This document shows, in pieces, positions 46,186 to 55,411 of a stretch of DNA of 64,000 nt (positions are counted from its first letter, which is position 1; each line of letters starts with the position of its first letter). The position numbers were made by a program, and so were the translations under genes. The notes under the pieces are model-generated. The model did no database searches. It was not told where the DNA came from and saw only the letters and a list, made by a program, of their open reading frames with translations. The stretch lies in IMG/VR virus record IMGVR_UViG_3300031963_000013; one strand, given 5' to 3'. The stretch is from a virus.

Positions 46186-47319
46186 ATGGCACTAAATTTT
46201 CCTTCTAACCCGGTTCTCGATCAAATCTACGTAGGTCCTTTGGGCCAAAAGTGGAAGTGGAACGGCACCGCGTGGATCTCTTTTAACGAGATTGCAACAG
46301 TGCCAACCGCATCGCTGTCCCTGGGTGGCTCTGGGTCGTTTTCGGGCTCTTTCAGTGGCTCGGGAGCAGATTTGCGTAATATACCATCGTCCGCGATAGT
46401 AGGTCTCAATCTGTCCCAGATCTCTTCTGGGAGCGTTAGTGCATCTATGTCGCAAGAAGGTTTATTGGTGAACACTAGAGTTGTGGCTACGTCTTTCACA
46501 GGTTCGTTGTTTGGAACAGCTTCTTATAGTTTGCTAAATCTTCAACAGGTAACGGATAATGGAACGACTACAACAAATAACATAACAGTATCAAACGCAA
46601 ACGCTTCTTTTAACGTAGAAAACACAACACCTGAAATATTTGCAGGTTTTGAAGCTGATAATTCAGAAGCAAGAATAAACATAGGCGTTGCTTCGGGCAA
46701 TGTTTTACGTTTAAAAGGCGGTTTAATTACAGGGGATAGAATTATAAACTTTCCCAACAAAAGCGGCACACTTCCGTTATCAGTAATACTAGAAAACGTA
46801 GAGTATACTGCCGATGATACAGGGAGTATAGTGCTTGGCGCTGTAAAAAACGCAGCAACAGCGTCTTACATTTTAGCCTCAGGGGTGGCAGGTTTAAACC
46901 TGACTCAGATAACAACCGGCAGCGTAAGCGCGAGTGTAAGCGTATCTACCTTCTCTGTTACAAGCGGAAGCGTAACCGAATTCGTAGTTACTGGAACTGG
47001 TGTAACTATTGGAAACGCAGCAACAGATAGACACACCGTAACAGGTTCATTAAATTCTCCTAACATTACTGGATCTTTGTTCGGTACTGCTAGTTGGGCG
47101 GTATCTGCATCTTGGGCACCAGGAGGTGGAGGAGGAGGTGTATCTTCGATAACAATAGCAGATGAAGGAACTTCTCAAGGCACCGCAACATTTATTAACT
47201 TTACAGGAGCGGGAGTCACTGCTACAGTATCATCGAACACAGCATCTATTAACATCCCTGGTGGAGGTAGTAGTGCTAGTCCAACCTTAAATTTATTTAA
47301 TTACTTTAACTTTTTCTAA
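46186..47319 (+). CDS. Ser/Thr-rich fibre-family protein built from modules shared with the larger fibres
   Basis: MALNFPSNP...WKWNGTAW, LQQVTDNG, GLNLTQI and ADEGTSQGTAT modules. Confidence 0.7.
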   Translation: MALNFPSNPVLDQIYVGPLGQKWKWNGTAWISFNEIATVPTASLSLGGSGSFSGSFSGSGADLRNIPSSAIVGLNLSQISSGSVSASMSQEGLLVNTRVVATSFTGSLFGTASYSLLNLQQVTDNGTTTTNNITVSNANASFNVENTTPEIFAGFEADNSEARINIGVASGNVLRLKGGLITGDRIINFPNKSGTLPLSVILENVEYTADDTGSIVLGAVKNAATASYILASGVAGLNLTQITTGSVSASVSVSTFSVTSGSVTEFVVTGTGVTIGNAATDRHTVTGSLNSPNITGSLFGTASWAVSASWAPGGGGGGVSSITIADEGTSQGTATFINFTGAGVTATVSSNTASINIPGGGSSASPTLNLFNYFNFF

Positions 47320-47330
47320 AAACAATAAAC

Positions 47331-47750
47331 ATGCCAGCAAACACAACACCAATTTTTATTTTATCTCCAAAAACAACTGGTGCTGAAATTACAGCCGCTA
47401 ATACTGCAAGAGATGGTAGTGGCGCTTTAACAACAATATTTACCGCCGGATCAAATGGTAGCAGAGTTGATTTTGTAAGTTTCGTATCTGCCCAAGCGTC
47501 CCCAGCAGCATCATCCGCAATGGTAGGAAGAGTTTTTATTACAGATACAAACGGAGCCAATCCAAGATTAGTATCAGAAATAGCGCTTCCAACTATTACA
47601 GCGTCTAATACAGCAATAGGACAAGCACAAACTCTTTTTTATTCAAATGGGTTATTGATGCAAGCAGGTCAATTATTACAAGCCGCTATATCCGTCTATG
47701 CAGGTGTTCAAGATAAATTTCATGTAATTACAAGAGGAGGAGATTATTAA
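47331..47750 (+). CDS. Small beta-rich virion protein
   Basis: MPANTTPIF...TAANTARDGSG...TAGSNGSRV...GGDY. Confidence 0.65.
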   Translation: MPANTTPIFILSPKTTGAEITAANTARDGSGALTTIFTAGSNGSRVDFVSFVSAQASPAASSAMVGRVFITDTNGANPRLVSEIALPTITASNTAIGQAQTLFYSNGLLMQAGQLLQAAISVYAGVQDKFHVITRGGDY

Positions 47751-49153
47751 TGGCAAGGGGAGTTGCAACATATCTTAATAAGAGCCTAGGATATTTCCAT
47801 AACGGAAACAACGGCCAATCAGTACCTCCTTCTGTTTTGAATCTTCCCAACAATCCCATGATGTATGGAACAAACGAATACGGAACCATACAAACTACTG
47901 TTGTTGCGAGATCAGGCTCCGATGACTTTCCAAGGATCGGACCTATGACACTAGCATCAAACGGATGTTTGTATGGAGTTCACACTGGGTTTACCACTGC
48001 AATAGATAGCCCTATAGGATCTTCTAACTTTTTACAAAAATTAGATCCTGCTACAGGTATTACCACAATGATACCAATGAATAACAATCGTGGCGCTTAT
48101 GGAGGTATAGTTCGCGCATCGAATGAAAAATTGTACACGATACCTTTTAGGAACAATAGTTCGACGAACGCCGCTTTACCAATTTACGAAATAGATCCAA
48201 GCAATGATAGTGTTACACTTATAAAAGACATTACATTACCTGCAGAAAGAGGGTATCTTGGCGGTGTACTAGCTCCAAATGGATTAATATACTGCGCTCC
48301 TTATGATGGATCTGCCGGGGCAAATAGTGGTAATATTTTAATAATTAATCCTTTCACAAAAACGCTCTCGAGTTTAAATACGGGTATAGGTACCATAAAC
48401 GGCTACGTAGCAGCAGTGTTAGCACCTAATGGAAAGATCTATATTCTACCATTTAATTCGCCATTTATAATTGTAATAGAACCTATGAATGGTAATAACG
48501 TGTATTCAATAAATTTCCAGCGCGTATTACAAAGAAATACTATTGCTGCCGGTTTTTGGGGAGGAGTGCTAGCATTGGACAACAAAATATACTGCATATC
48601 ATACGGTCAAAATTTTATATTACAAATTAATCCAGAAAATGACAGCGTAACAGCTATCTACAATAAAGGGTTTTTAGATACTAGAAACCCGATGTTTTAT
48701 CCAAGCGCTAACAGAGTTAATAGAGATTCAGCTAACTTAGGAGGCGGGTTTCCAACTTTAGGAACAAACGGTAAAATATACTTTGTACAAATCACCTTCG
48801 AATCTCCAAATAGCACAATAACGGATAGAAATACTAGTAGACTATTATTACCATACGAATTTGACCCAGAAACCCAAACAATATCTAAGCTATATGGATC
48901 TGAAGGATTAGATTGGAACACAATCACAAACATACCTAGTTCTCCAACCATGGGAGGTTTCATTTTTCAAGGAAGTTGTCTTTCTCAAACAGGAGACATA
49001 TGGATTTCACCTCACGCAATACGTAACAACCAAAACAACAAACTCTATCTAAAATTAACTGGATTCCCACCTGCAACCCCCGATATGTATACCATGCCTC
49101 CGTTAGATCAATTACAATACTCATTGTACAACAAGTACATAAATAAATTTTAA
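47750..49153 (+). CDS. Beta-propeller repeat protein
   Basis: Repeated GGVLAPNG(K/L)IY..P....I..I(N/D)P blades. Confidence 0.7.
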   Translation: MARGVATYLNKSLGYFHNGNNGQSVPPSVLNLPNNPMMYGTNEYGTIQTTVVARSGSDDFPRIGPMTLASNGCLYGVHTGFTTAIDSPIGSSNFLQKLDPATGITTMIPMNNNRGAYGGIVRASNEKLYTIPFRNNSSTNAALPIYEIDPSNDSVTLIKDITLPAERGYLGGVLAPNGLIYCAPYDGSAGANSGNILIINPFTKTLSSLNTGIGTINGYVAAVLAPNGKIYILPFNSPFIIVIEPMNGNNVYSINFQRVLQRNTIAAGFWGGVLALDNKIYCISYGQNFILQINPENDSVTAIYNKGFLDTRNPMFYPSANRVNRDSANLGGGFPTLGTNGKIYFVQITFESPNSTITDRNTSRLLLPYEFDPETQTISKLYGSEGLDWNTITNIPSSPTMGGFIFQGSCLSQTGDIWISPHAIRNNQNNKLYLKLTGFPPATPDMYTMPPLDQLQYSLYNKYINKF

Positions 49154-49215
49154 AAAATAAAGGTTGGTTTACACAGCTAATTCGAGCCCAAATAGCCGGA
49201 TTCAATGGGTAGCCG

Positions 49216-49223
49216 TATTTATA
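49216..49223 (+). promoter_or_regulatory. Putative late promoter TATTTATA
   Basis: 4 nt before ATG 49228. Confidence 0.6.
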
Positions 49224-49227
49224 TTAA

Positions 49228-49536
49228 ATGAGGTTCACTCTAACCATACTAGCTTTAACGCTGTCTCTATCCTGTTTATCGCAGAGAATCGCTCCAACGA
49301 GACTGATACAGGACGATAAGCTACTTCATGCGTTTGCGGGTAGCTACGTAGCGGCACCGGTAGCTTTTGCAACAAAGAAACCTGTGTTGTGGGGAACCGT
49401 CGCAGCAACTTCAGCAGGTTTAGCAAAAGAACTGTACGATTACAGAAGCTACGGTAAGTTCGATCCTGTGGATTTAGCGTTCACAGCGGTGAGCGGTTTT
49501 GTAACATCTTTTATCATATCAAAACTAAAAAAATGA
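49228..49536 (+). CDS. Membrane protein, YfiM/DUF2279-like
   Basis: Signal peptide; DDKLLHAFAG...GLAKELYD...FDPVDLAFT. Confidence 0.6.
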   Translation: MRFTLTILALTLSLSCLSQRIAPTRLIQDDKLLHAFAGSYVAAPVAFATKKPVLWGTVAATSAGLAKELYDYRSYGKFDPVDLAFTAVSGFVTSFIISKLKK

Positions 49537-49970
49537 AATACGTACTAACAATCTTATTTTTAACTCTTTTCGCAAGCGCTTACTCGCAACCGTTTGCCCA
49601 TTTCGCTGGGTTGTTCGGTGAACGCAAGGGCATAATGTTCGACGCTGGGTATAAATTCGGAAAAGGACTGCTCCAGCCACAGGCTTCCATTGGACTGAGC
49701 GATAGGTTCCAAAGAGGCGGCCACGTAAACTTTGTTACTTTCAAAGGAGGCGTGTTGTTCGCTAACAGATTCAATTTCACTGCAGCTATCATACAAACAA
49801 GGGCTGTAGAGAACAGACAGCTTGTGATAGGAAGAGCAGCTTCTTGGGGAGTGGACTACAATTTCAAGTCTTGGTTCGACGACGCAAGATTAAACACAGG
49901 CGTGGAGATGATAAACAAAAACCTCTACTTTAGGGTGGGATTGAGAATGAACTACAATTGGAAAGATTAA
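49533..49970 (+). CDS. Secreted protein, probable small outer-membrane beta-barrel
   Basis: Signal peptide, alternating amphipathic strands, C-terminal LYFRVGLRMNYNW. Confidence 0.55.
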   Translation: MKYVLTILFLTLFASAYSQPFAHFAGLFGERKGIMFDAGYKFGKGLLQPQASIGLSDRFQRGGHVNFVTFKGGVLFANRFNFTAAIIQTRAVENRQLVIGRAASWGVDYNFKSWFDDARLNTGVEMINKNLYFRVGLRMNYNWKD

Positions 49971-49999
49971 ACGAGTGTAAACGTTTTAAAACAAGCATA

Positions 50000-50007
50000 T
50001 ATTTATA
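50000..50007 (+). promoter_or_regulatory. Putative late promoter TATTTATA
   Basis: Before ATG 50022. Confidence 0.6.
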
Positions 50008-50021
50008 AACAAACAAAGATT

Positions 50022-50624
50022 ATGAAAATTAAGAGTTTAATCGTAGCAAGCGTGCTAGCCCTAGCATTGACGTCTTGCGGTTGGTCAGAAAAGAACCACC
50101 AAGTAAGCAAACCCTATACAAGAACAAACGATGTAGAAAGAGTAGCCGTTAAATTTGATACAGGTTACAGGGAAGTTAAAGGTCACTACGACGCTTCTGG
50201 AAAATGGGTACCTAAACAGTACGTTAGAGACACAGTTAGAGCGGTAGAATTTGCTACAGTGCCTATACTGTATGTAGACGTAATGCCATCAAGGGAGAGC
50301 GTATTTAAAGCCGCAGAAGCAACAGGTTGGGAAAAACAACTGTGGATAGCGGTGTTTTTGTTTTTGGGTGTAGTAGGTGTTGCTATTTATGTAACAACTA
50401 AGAACGGTGGAGCCTTTGGAAAAGGCGAAGCTTCTTGGATAACTAAATTCGTCGCTTTGGGAATTATAGCAGCGTTAGCTATAGGTTTGTTGAACCCAAT
50501 CAACAAAAGCGGCAACAACACAAAAACAATCAAATACAAAGAATACCAAGAGATAATTAAAAACGACCCTAACCTCATCCAGTTCTTTGATTCAATTCAG
50601 AAAAACGGCGCTTTTGTAAACTAA
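50022..50624 (+). CDS. Lipoprotein with two additional TM helices
   Basis: Lipobox LTSC; TM segments LWIAVFLFLGVVGVAIYV and FVALGIIAALAIGLL. Confidence 0.65.
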   Translation: MKIKSLIVASVLALALTSCGWSEKNHQVSKPYTRTNDVERVAVKFDTGYREVKGHYDASGKWVPKQYVRDTVRAVEFATVPILYVDVMPSRESVFKAAEATGWEKQLWIAVFLFLGVVGVAIYVTTKNGGAFGKGEASWITKFVALGIIAALAIGLLNPINKSGNNTKTIKYKEYQEIIKNDPNLIQFFDSIQKNGAFVN

Positions 50625-50629
50625 AAAAC

Positions 50630-51067
50630 ATGCAAGAGCAGAGCTTAAATATATTGAATTTTGTATCCTATTCTGTAATAAGCGCAGTCGTATGTGCTTT
50701 TATAGATTACATGCGCATAAGAACGACAGAAGGTACAGTATTGAATATTAGTAAATCTTGGACTGTATTTTATGGTGGGTTGTTGTGTTTTGTAGGATAT
50801 TGTATTTTTAATAATAACCCACAAACGTTTTTGGAATTCATTATCGGTTTTATAACCTATTGTATTTCATTTGCTTCTATTAGAGGAGTTATTTATGACC
50901 CTTCTCTAAATCTGATGAGAGGGAAAAAGATTGACTACGAATCAAATACAACTAATTCTAAAATAGACCATAAAGAGGTTAACTTAAATTTAACTTTTTG
51001 GAAACAAAGAGCGTTATATTTGATATTAGCAATAATTTTTACAATATTATACAAACAACAATGGTAA
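50630..51067 (+). CDS. Multi-pass membrane protein
   Basis: About 4 hydrophobic segments; T-rich codon usage. Confidence 0.65.
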   Translation: MQEQSLNILNFVSYSVISAVVCAFIDYMRIRTTEGTVLNISKSWTVFYGGLLCFVGYCIFNNNPQTFLEFIIGFITYCISFASIRGVIYDPSLNLMRGKKIDYESNTTNSKIDHKEVNLNLTFWKQRALYLILAIIFTILYKQQW

Positions 51068-51444
51068 ACATCGAATTAAAAGCAAAACACTTTTACGCAA
51101 TAGCAGACATACAATTTGGAATAGCTGCTTACGCGTCTTTTTCAACTTTAGAAAAAATTAAAACAGCGTGTGAAAACAAACAAGACGATGATCTTGCTAC
51201 AGTATCCACAGACGTTTCAGAATTCATAAACGTGTTCTACATCCTGTCCAGCAAACCAGAAGGCAGCTACAATATGATAAACACCGAGATGATGGATCTA
51301 TTGACTCCCCAAATAGAGGCTGGAATAGCTGACGAGAATCCGGAATGGGCAGAGTTGGGCGCAAGAGTTCAAGAAATAAGAAACGCAAACTGGGTAGTAG
51401 TAAGCAATGCAATCGCAAGTGCAAAGAGTAGGCTATATAACTAA
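51061..51444 (+). CDS. Hypothetical protein
   Basis: ATG 51061 overlaps the upstream stop. Confidence 0.65.
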   Translation: MVNIELKAKHFYAIADIQFGIAAYASFSTLEKIKTACENKQDDDLATVSTDVSEFINVFYILSSKPEGSYNMINTEMMDLLTPQIEAGIADENPEWAELGARVQEIRNANWVVVSNAIASAKSRLYN

Positions 51445-51841
51445 GGACAACGTTGTAGAAGCTCTTTTAACAGACGAGCTGATAGTTCAATCGTATGTCT
51501 ACTCCAGAAAATCAAACAAGTACTGGAAAATACTGGAACCGCTTACTATAGAACTAATCAGCAATAAAAAAATAATAAACATAGAACGGGGGTTTACGTA
51601 TGATATGTCCTCCTCTCCAAAATCTCTATGGGGAATTGTTCCTCCTGCTAATGATGGCTTGTTCGGCTATCTGGTACACGATAAATTGTATTTGTGGAGA
51701 GGACACGGGATGTCGAGAAAAGAGGTAGACAAAGAAATGTTACTTTGGACTAACATAGTTAATAAAAACAAAATAGATAATTACATAAGATACTTTTTTG
51801 TTAGGTTACTTGGTTGGCTGTATTGGTATAAAATAGTATAA
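51407..51841 (+). CDS. DUF1353-like protein
   Basis: GFTYDMSSSP..LW...YLVHDKLY...RKEVD...VRLLG; start uncertain. Confidence 0.7.
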   Translation: MQSQVQRVGYITKDNVVEALLTDELIVQSYVYSRKSNKYWKILEPLTIELISNKKIINIERGFTYDMSSSPKSLWGIVPPANDGLFGYLVHDKLYLWRGHGMSRKEVDKEMLLWTNIVNKNKIDNYIRYFFVRLLGWLYWYKIV

Positions 51842-51842
51842 T

Positions 51843-52796
51843 ATGAAAAAAACAATTAGTTTAATTTTAACCGTATTAGTAACGTCTTTTTTGTTAGTAC
51901 ACTGTAATAGAAATAAGAGCGTAGATTTAAAAAAACCTACAATCACAGACTGTACTATAGACCTTTTTGAGTACAACACAGTAAAAAGAGGCACCTCCTT
52001 TGTTTCAGACGTAAACGAAAGAAGAAAGCCTCAAAGAGACAACGACGGGGATGGAATACCTAACGGACAGGATAACTGCTCAAGTGTGTTCAATCCTGCT
52101 CAGGAAGACTGTGATAAAGACGGTATAGGAGATGCTTGCGACAGCACGCCTTGCCCACCACCGCCTCCACCTCCTCCGCCGCCACCGCCGCCTCCTCCAC
52201 CGCCTCCGGTAGATACAGTAATAAAAGATTATGTTGTATTACTTGATTTTGATGGAGATACAGTAAAAACTACTCTGTGGTTCACTACACCAACCTACGT
52301 TGGACCAAGTGGTTTAACTTCTACAGAAATTTCGAATATTGTAACAAAGATAAAATCCAACTTTAGAAACTTTAATGTCACTGTAACCACCGATGAAAAT
52401 GTATTTAACTCAAAAGCTGTTAACAGAAGACAACGCATAATATTTACAGAAAACAACGAGTGGTACGGTGGTGCAGGAGGTGTTGCTTACGAGAGTTCTA
52501 TGAAGTGGAACCAAGATGTAGCAGCTTTTGTATTTACCAAAGCGCTGTTTTATAATCAGGGATACATAGCAGAAGCTGGAAGTCATGAAGCAGGGCACAC
52601 TGTTAGTTTATTACATCAAAACGTATGTGTTAACGGAGTGTTTACATCAGAATATAACAATAATTCTGGATTTCCTACAGCACCTATAATGGGTAACTCT
52701 TACGGTAAAACAGGTTTATGGTGGATAGGTAGTGCAGATTTCTGTGCAAGGATTCAAAACGATTCGTTACAAATGGTAAACTATTTAATAAAGTAA
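51843..52796 (+). CDS. Probable lipoprotein zinc metalloprotease (metzincin-like) with thrombospondin type-3-like repeats and a poly-Pro linker
   Basis: Signal peptide ending in Cys; DNDGDGIPNGQDNC...DKDGIGDACD; 18 consecutive Pro; HEAGHTVSLLH and Met-turn PIMG. Confidence 0.75.
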   Translation: MKKTISLILTVLVTSFLLVHCNRNKSVDLKKPTITDCTIDLFEYNTVKRGTSFVSDVNERRKPQRDNDGDGIPNGQDNCSSVFNPAQEDCDKDGIGDACDSTPCPPPPPPPPPPPPPPPPPPVDTVIKDYVVLLDFDGDTVKTTLWFTTPTYVGPSGLTSTEISNIVTKIKSNFRNFNVTVTTDENVFNSKAVNRRQRIIFTENNEWYGGAGGVAYESSMKWNQDVAAFVFTKALFYNQGYIAEAGSHEAGHTVSLLHQNVCVNGVFTSEYNNNSGFPTAPIMGNSYGKTGLWWIGSADFCARIQNDSLQMVNYLIK

Positions 52797-52806
52797 AATT
52801 TAAAAC

Positions 52807-53052
52807 ATGGCAAATTTAATCGATCAAGTAAAAGTAAAAGCTGGCCGCCTTATCAAAGTGTGGAATAGCGAAAAGAAAAAGTTTTCAAACGCTGCGGCGT
52901 CTTACGTATCTGTTTGGGTAGAGGATGCAGACGGTAAAAACGAGCGCTGTCTCCTTTTTACAGAAAAAGAACTAAAGCGCGCAGAGGAAAGAGCAACAAA
53001 GAACGCAGAAGACTTGACAAACAAAAGCTTTTTTACAAATTTTTTGGACTAG
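52807..53052 (+). CDS. Hypothetical protein
   Basis: Good coding bias; A-rich leader. Confidence 0.7.
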   Translation: MANLIDQVKVKAGRLIKVWNSEKKKFSNAAASYVSVWVEDADGKNERCLLFTEKELKRAEERATKNAEDLTNKSFFTNFLD

Positions 53053-53087
53053 AATTTTAATTTTTAGCGATTAAAAGAAATGTCGTA

Positions 53088-53095
53088 TATTTATA
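53088..53095 (+). promoter_or_regulatory. Putative late promoter TATTTATA
   Basis: Before ATG 53117. Confidence 0.6.
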
Positions 53096-53116
53096 GATAT
53101 ATAAAAATAATAAATT

Positions 53117-53365
53117 ATGACACTATTAATCTTAATCGCATTGGCGACGGTTTGCGCAATCGTTTACGTAAAAACAAAGAAAAAAGACACAGTAGAAAAT
53201 GAAATCAAACAACCCGTAGAATCGGAAGATTGGGATCATTTTCAAAAAGCTATCGAAGACTTTAAAACAGAAAAAGAGGCATCTACACCAGAAAAACCAA
53301 AATCTGTAAAAAAGAAAGAAGTAAAAAAGACAACAGCAAAACCTAAAAAAGAAAGTAAGAAATAA
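53117..53365 (+). CDS. Small membrane-anchored Lys-rich protein
   Basis: N-terminal TM helix and a charged tail. Confidence 0.65.
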   Translation: MTLLILIALATVCAIVYVKTKKKDTVENEIKQPVESEDWDHFQKAIEDFKTEKEASTPEKPKSVKKKEVKKTTAKPKKESKK

Positions 53366-53367
53366 TC

Positions 53368-53613
53368 ATGTCAGAGTTTAAAAAATTAACAGAAGAAGAA
53401 TTGGCAGATCTTAAGAAGATAACCAAAGAAGCTTTAGAACTTGCTTCAGCTTTAGGCGAATTAGAGTTTCAAAAAACGGTATTAGAAAACCAATCGAATT
53501 TTTATAAATCAAAAGTTGTGTCTTTAAAAACAACTGAAACGCAGTTATTAGAGACACTACAGAATAAGTACGGAAAAATCTCCATCAATTTAGAGACTGG
53601 TGAATTCAGTTAG
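53368..53613 (+). CDS. Small coiled-coil protein
   Basis: KLTEEEL...LGELE...KYG..SINLETGEF; directly upstream of the sheath gene. Confidence 0.7.
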   Translation: MSEFKKLTEEELADLKKITKEALELASALGELEFQKTVLENQSNFYKSKVVSLKTTETQLLETLQNKYGKISINLETGEFS

Positions 53614-53635
53614 TAGATTTTGAGTTAGTTATACA

Positions 53636-53643
53636 TATTTATT
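53636..53643 (+). promoter_or_regulatory. Putative late promoter TATTTATT
   Basis: Before sheath ATG 53667. Confidence 0.6.
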
Positions 53644-53666
53644 GTTAGATAAAACATAAATAAACA

Positions 53667-55394
53667 ATGAGTGAAGTACTGATTTCTCCAGGAGTGTTCT
53701 TGCAAGAGAACGACCTATCACAAATAACGCAAGGACCCGTACAAGTTGGAGCCGCTTTAATTGGCCCAACTGTAGTAGGACCCGTAAACACACCCACAGT
53801 AGTAACTTCTTATTCGCAATACAAGTCCATTTTTGGGGCTTCTTTCGTTTCAGGAGGTGCAAATTACGAATATCTAACAAGCATGGCCGCACTTAGCTAC
53901 TTTGAGCAAGGCGGAGATTCTTTGTTGGTTACAAGAGTTGCTTCAGGATCATATACAGCAGCTACTGCTTCTGTGACTACTAACAGTACTAGCGCAAGCT
54001 TTGTTTTAGACACTTTGTCTGTCGGTACGATAATGAACAACGTTGGTGGCACAGTTACAAACGGTGCTTTACCTAGCGGTTCTAGCGCAAACGTTAGATG
54101 GGAAATCGCAGGCTCTGATAGCGGATCAGGCACATTCAGCCTAATCATCAGAAGAGGAGACGACTACAACAATAACAAGACTATATTAGAGACTTGGAAC
54201 GGACTTTCTTTAGATCCAAATCAAAATAACTACATAGCCTACGTAATAGGTGATCAAACCCAAACTCCAGTATTGGACGAGTACGGTAACTATTACCTAC
54301 AAACAACAGGAAGCTACGGAAACAAGAGTAGCTACGTTAGAGTAAAATCAGTAAATCTACCAACGCCAGGATACTTTAATTCACTGGGAGTAGCAAGAAA
54401 CGAATACACGTCTTCTTTGCCTCAAAACGGATCTGGATCTGCAAACGGCGCTTTCGGTGGAGCTTTAGGTAGCATACTAAACGGGTCTGCTTTCAACATG
54501 TTTGAAAGTATTCCAAGCACTCAAGGTCCCAATATCCAAGGTATTAGCTCAACTGATTACAACGTTGCAATATCTCTCTTAAGCAACAAAGACGCTTACG
54601 CATTCAATGTGATATACGCTCCAGGTTTAACCAACCAAAACGCTTCATCGCAAATAGCCTCTCTAACGCAGTTGGCTCAAGACAGAGGAGACGCAATCGC
54701 TGTAGTTGACATGGTATCCTACGGACAGAACATATCAACAGTTGTTTCGCAAGCAGCTAGCTACGATAACTCTTACGCAGCAACTTATTGGCCTTGGTTA
54801 CAGGTTAGAAGCCGTGAAACAGGCAAATTGAATTTTGTTCCTGCATCGACTCTAATCCCCGCTGTTTACGAATACAACGATAAAGTAGCCGCTGAGTGGT
54901 TCGCACCAGCAGGTTTAAACAGAGGTGGCATGTCGACAGTACTACAACCAGAGAGAAGATTGGGTACAGATCAAAGAAACACCCTTTACACAGGAAGAGT
55001 TAACCCAATAGCTGTTTTCCCAGGAGTTGGTACAGTTATATACGGTCAGAAGACTCTACAGGCAAAAGCATCAGCACTTGATAGAGTTAACGTTAGAAGA
55101 TTGTTGATAGAGCTTAAGAGCTACATCGGACAAATAGGCGAGACTCTGGTATTCGAACCAAACACGCAAGTAACAAGAAATAGGTTCTTGAATCAGGTTA
55201 ACCCATACTTAGAATCAATCCAACAACGCCAGGGAGTATACGCTTTCCAAGTTGTTATGGACGAAACAAACAACACACCTGATGTGATAGACAGAAACCA
55301 ACTCGTTGGAACGATATACTTGCAACCGACTAGAACAGCCGAATTCATATACTTAAACTTTAACATTTTGCCAACAGGCACATCATTTGCTTAA
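53667..55394 (+). CDS. Tail sheath protein (gp18-like)
   Basis: SPGVFLQENDLS, WFAPAGLNRG, GQKTLQ...ALDRVNVRRLL and PTRTAEFI. Confidence 0.97.
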   Translation: MSEVLISPGVFLQENDLSQITQGPVQVGAALIGPTVVGPVNTPTVVTSYSQYKSIFGASFVSGGANYEYLTSMAALSYFEQGGDSLLVTRVASGSYTAATASVTTNSTSASFVLDTLSVGTIMNNVGGTVTNGALPSGSSANVRWEIAGSDSGSGTFSLIIRRGDDYNNNKTILETWNGLSLDPNQNNYIAYVIGDQTQTPVLDEYGNYYLQTTGSYGNKSSYVRVKSVNLPTPGYFNSLGVARNEYTSSLPQNGSGSANGAFGGALGSILNGSAFNMFESIPSTQGPNIQGISSTDYNVAISLLSNKDAYAFNVIYAPGLTNQNASSQIASLTQLAQDRGDAIAVVDMVSYGQNISTVVSQAASYDNSYAATYWPWLQVRSRETGKLNFVPASTLIPAVYEYNDKVAAEWFAPAGLNRGGMSTVLQPERRLGTDQRNTLYTGRVNPIAVFPGVGTVIYGQKTLQAKASALDRVNVRRLLIELKSYIGQIGETLVFEPNTQVTRNRFLNQVNPYLESIQQRQGVYAFQVVMDETNNTPDVIDRNQLVGTIYLQPTRTAEFIYLNFNILPTGTSFA

Positions 55395-55411
55395 TGCATA
55401 AATAAAAATAA

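Noticed and set aside
49154-49215. Possible structured element before the envelope cassette
   Set aside because: Only short, wobble-rich stems (GCCCA/TGGGT, TTGGTT/AGCTAA); too weak to call without comparative data.
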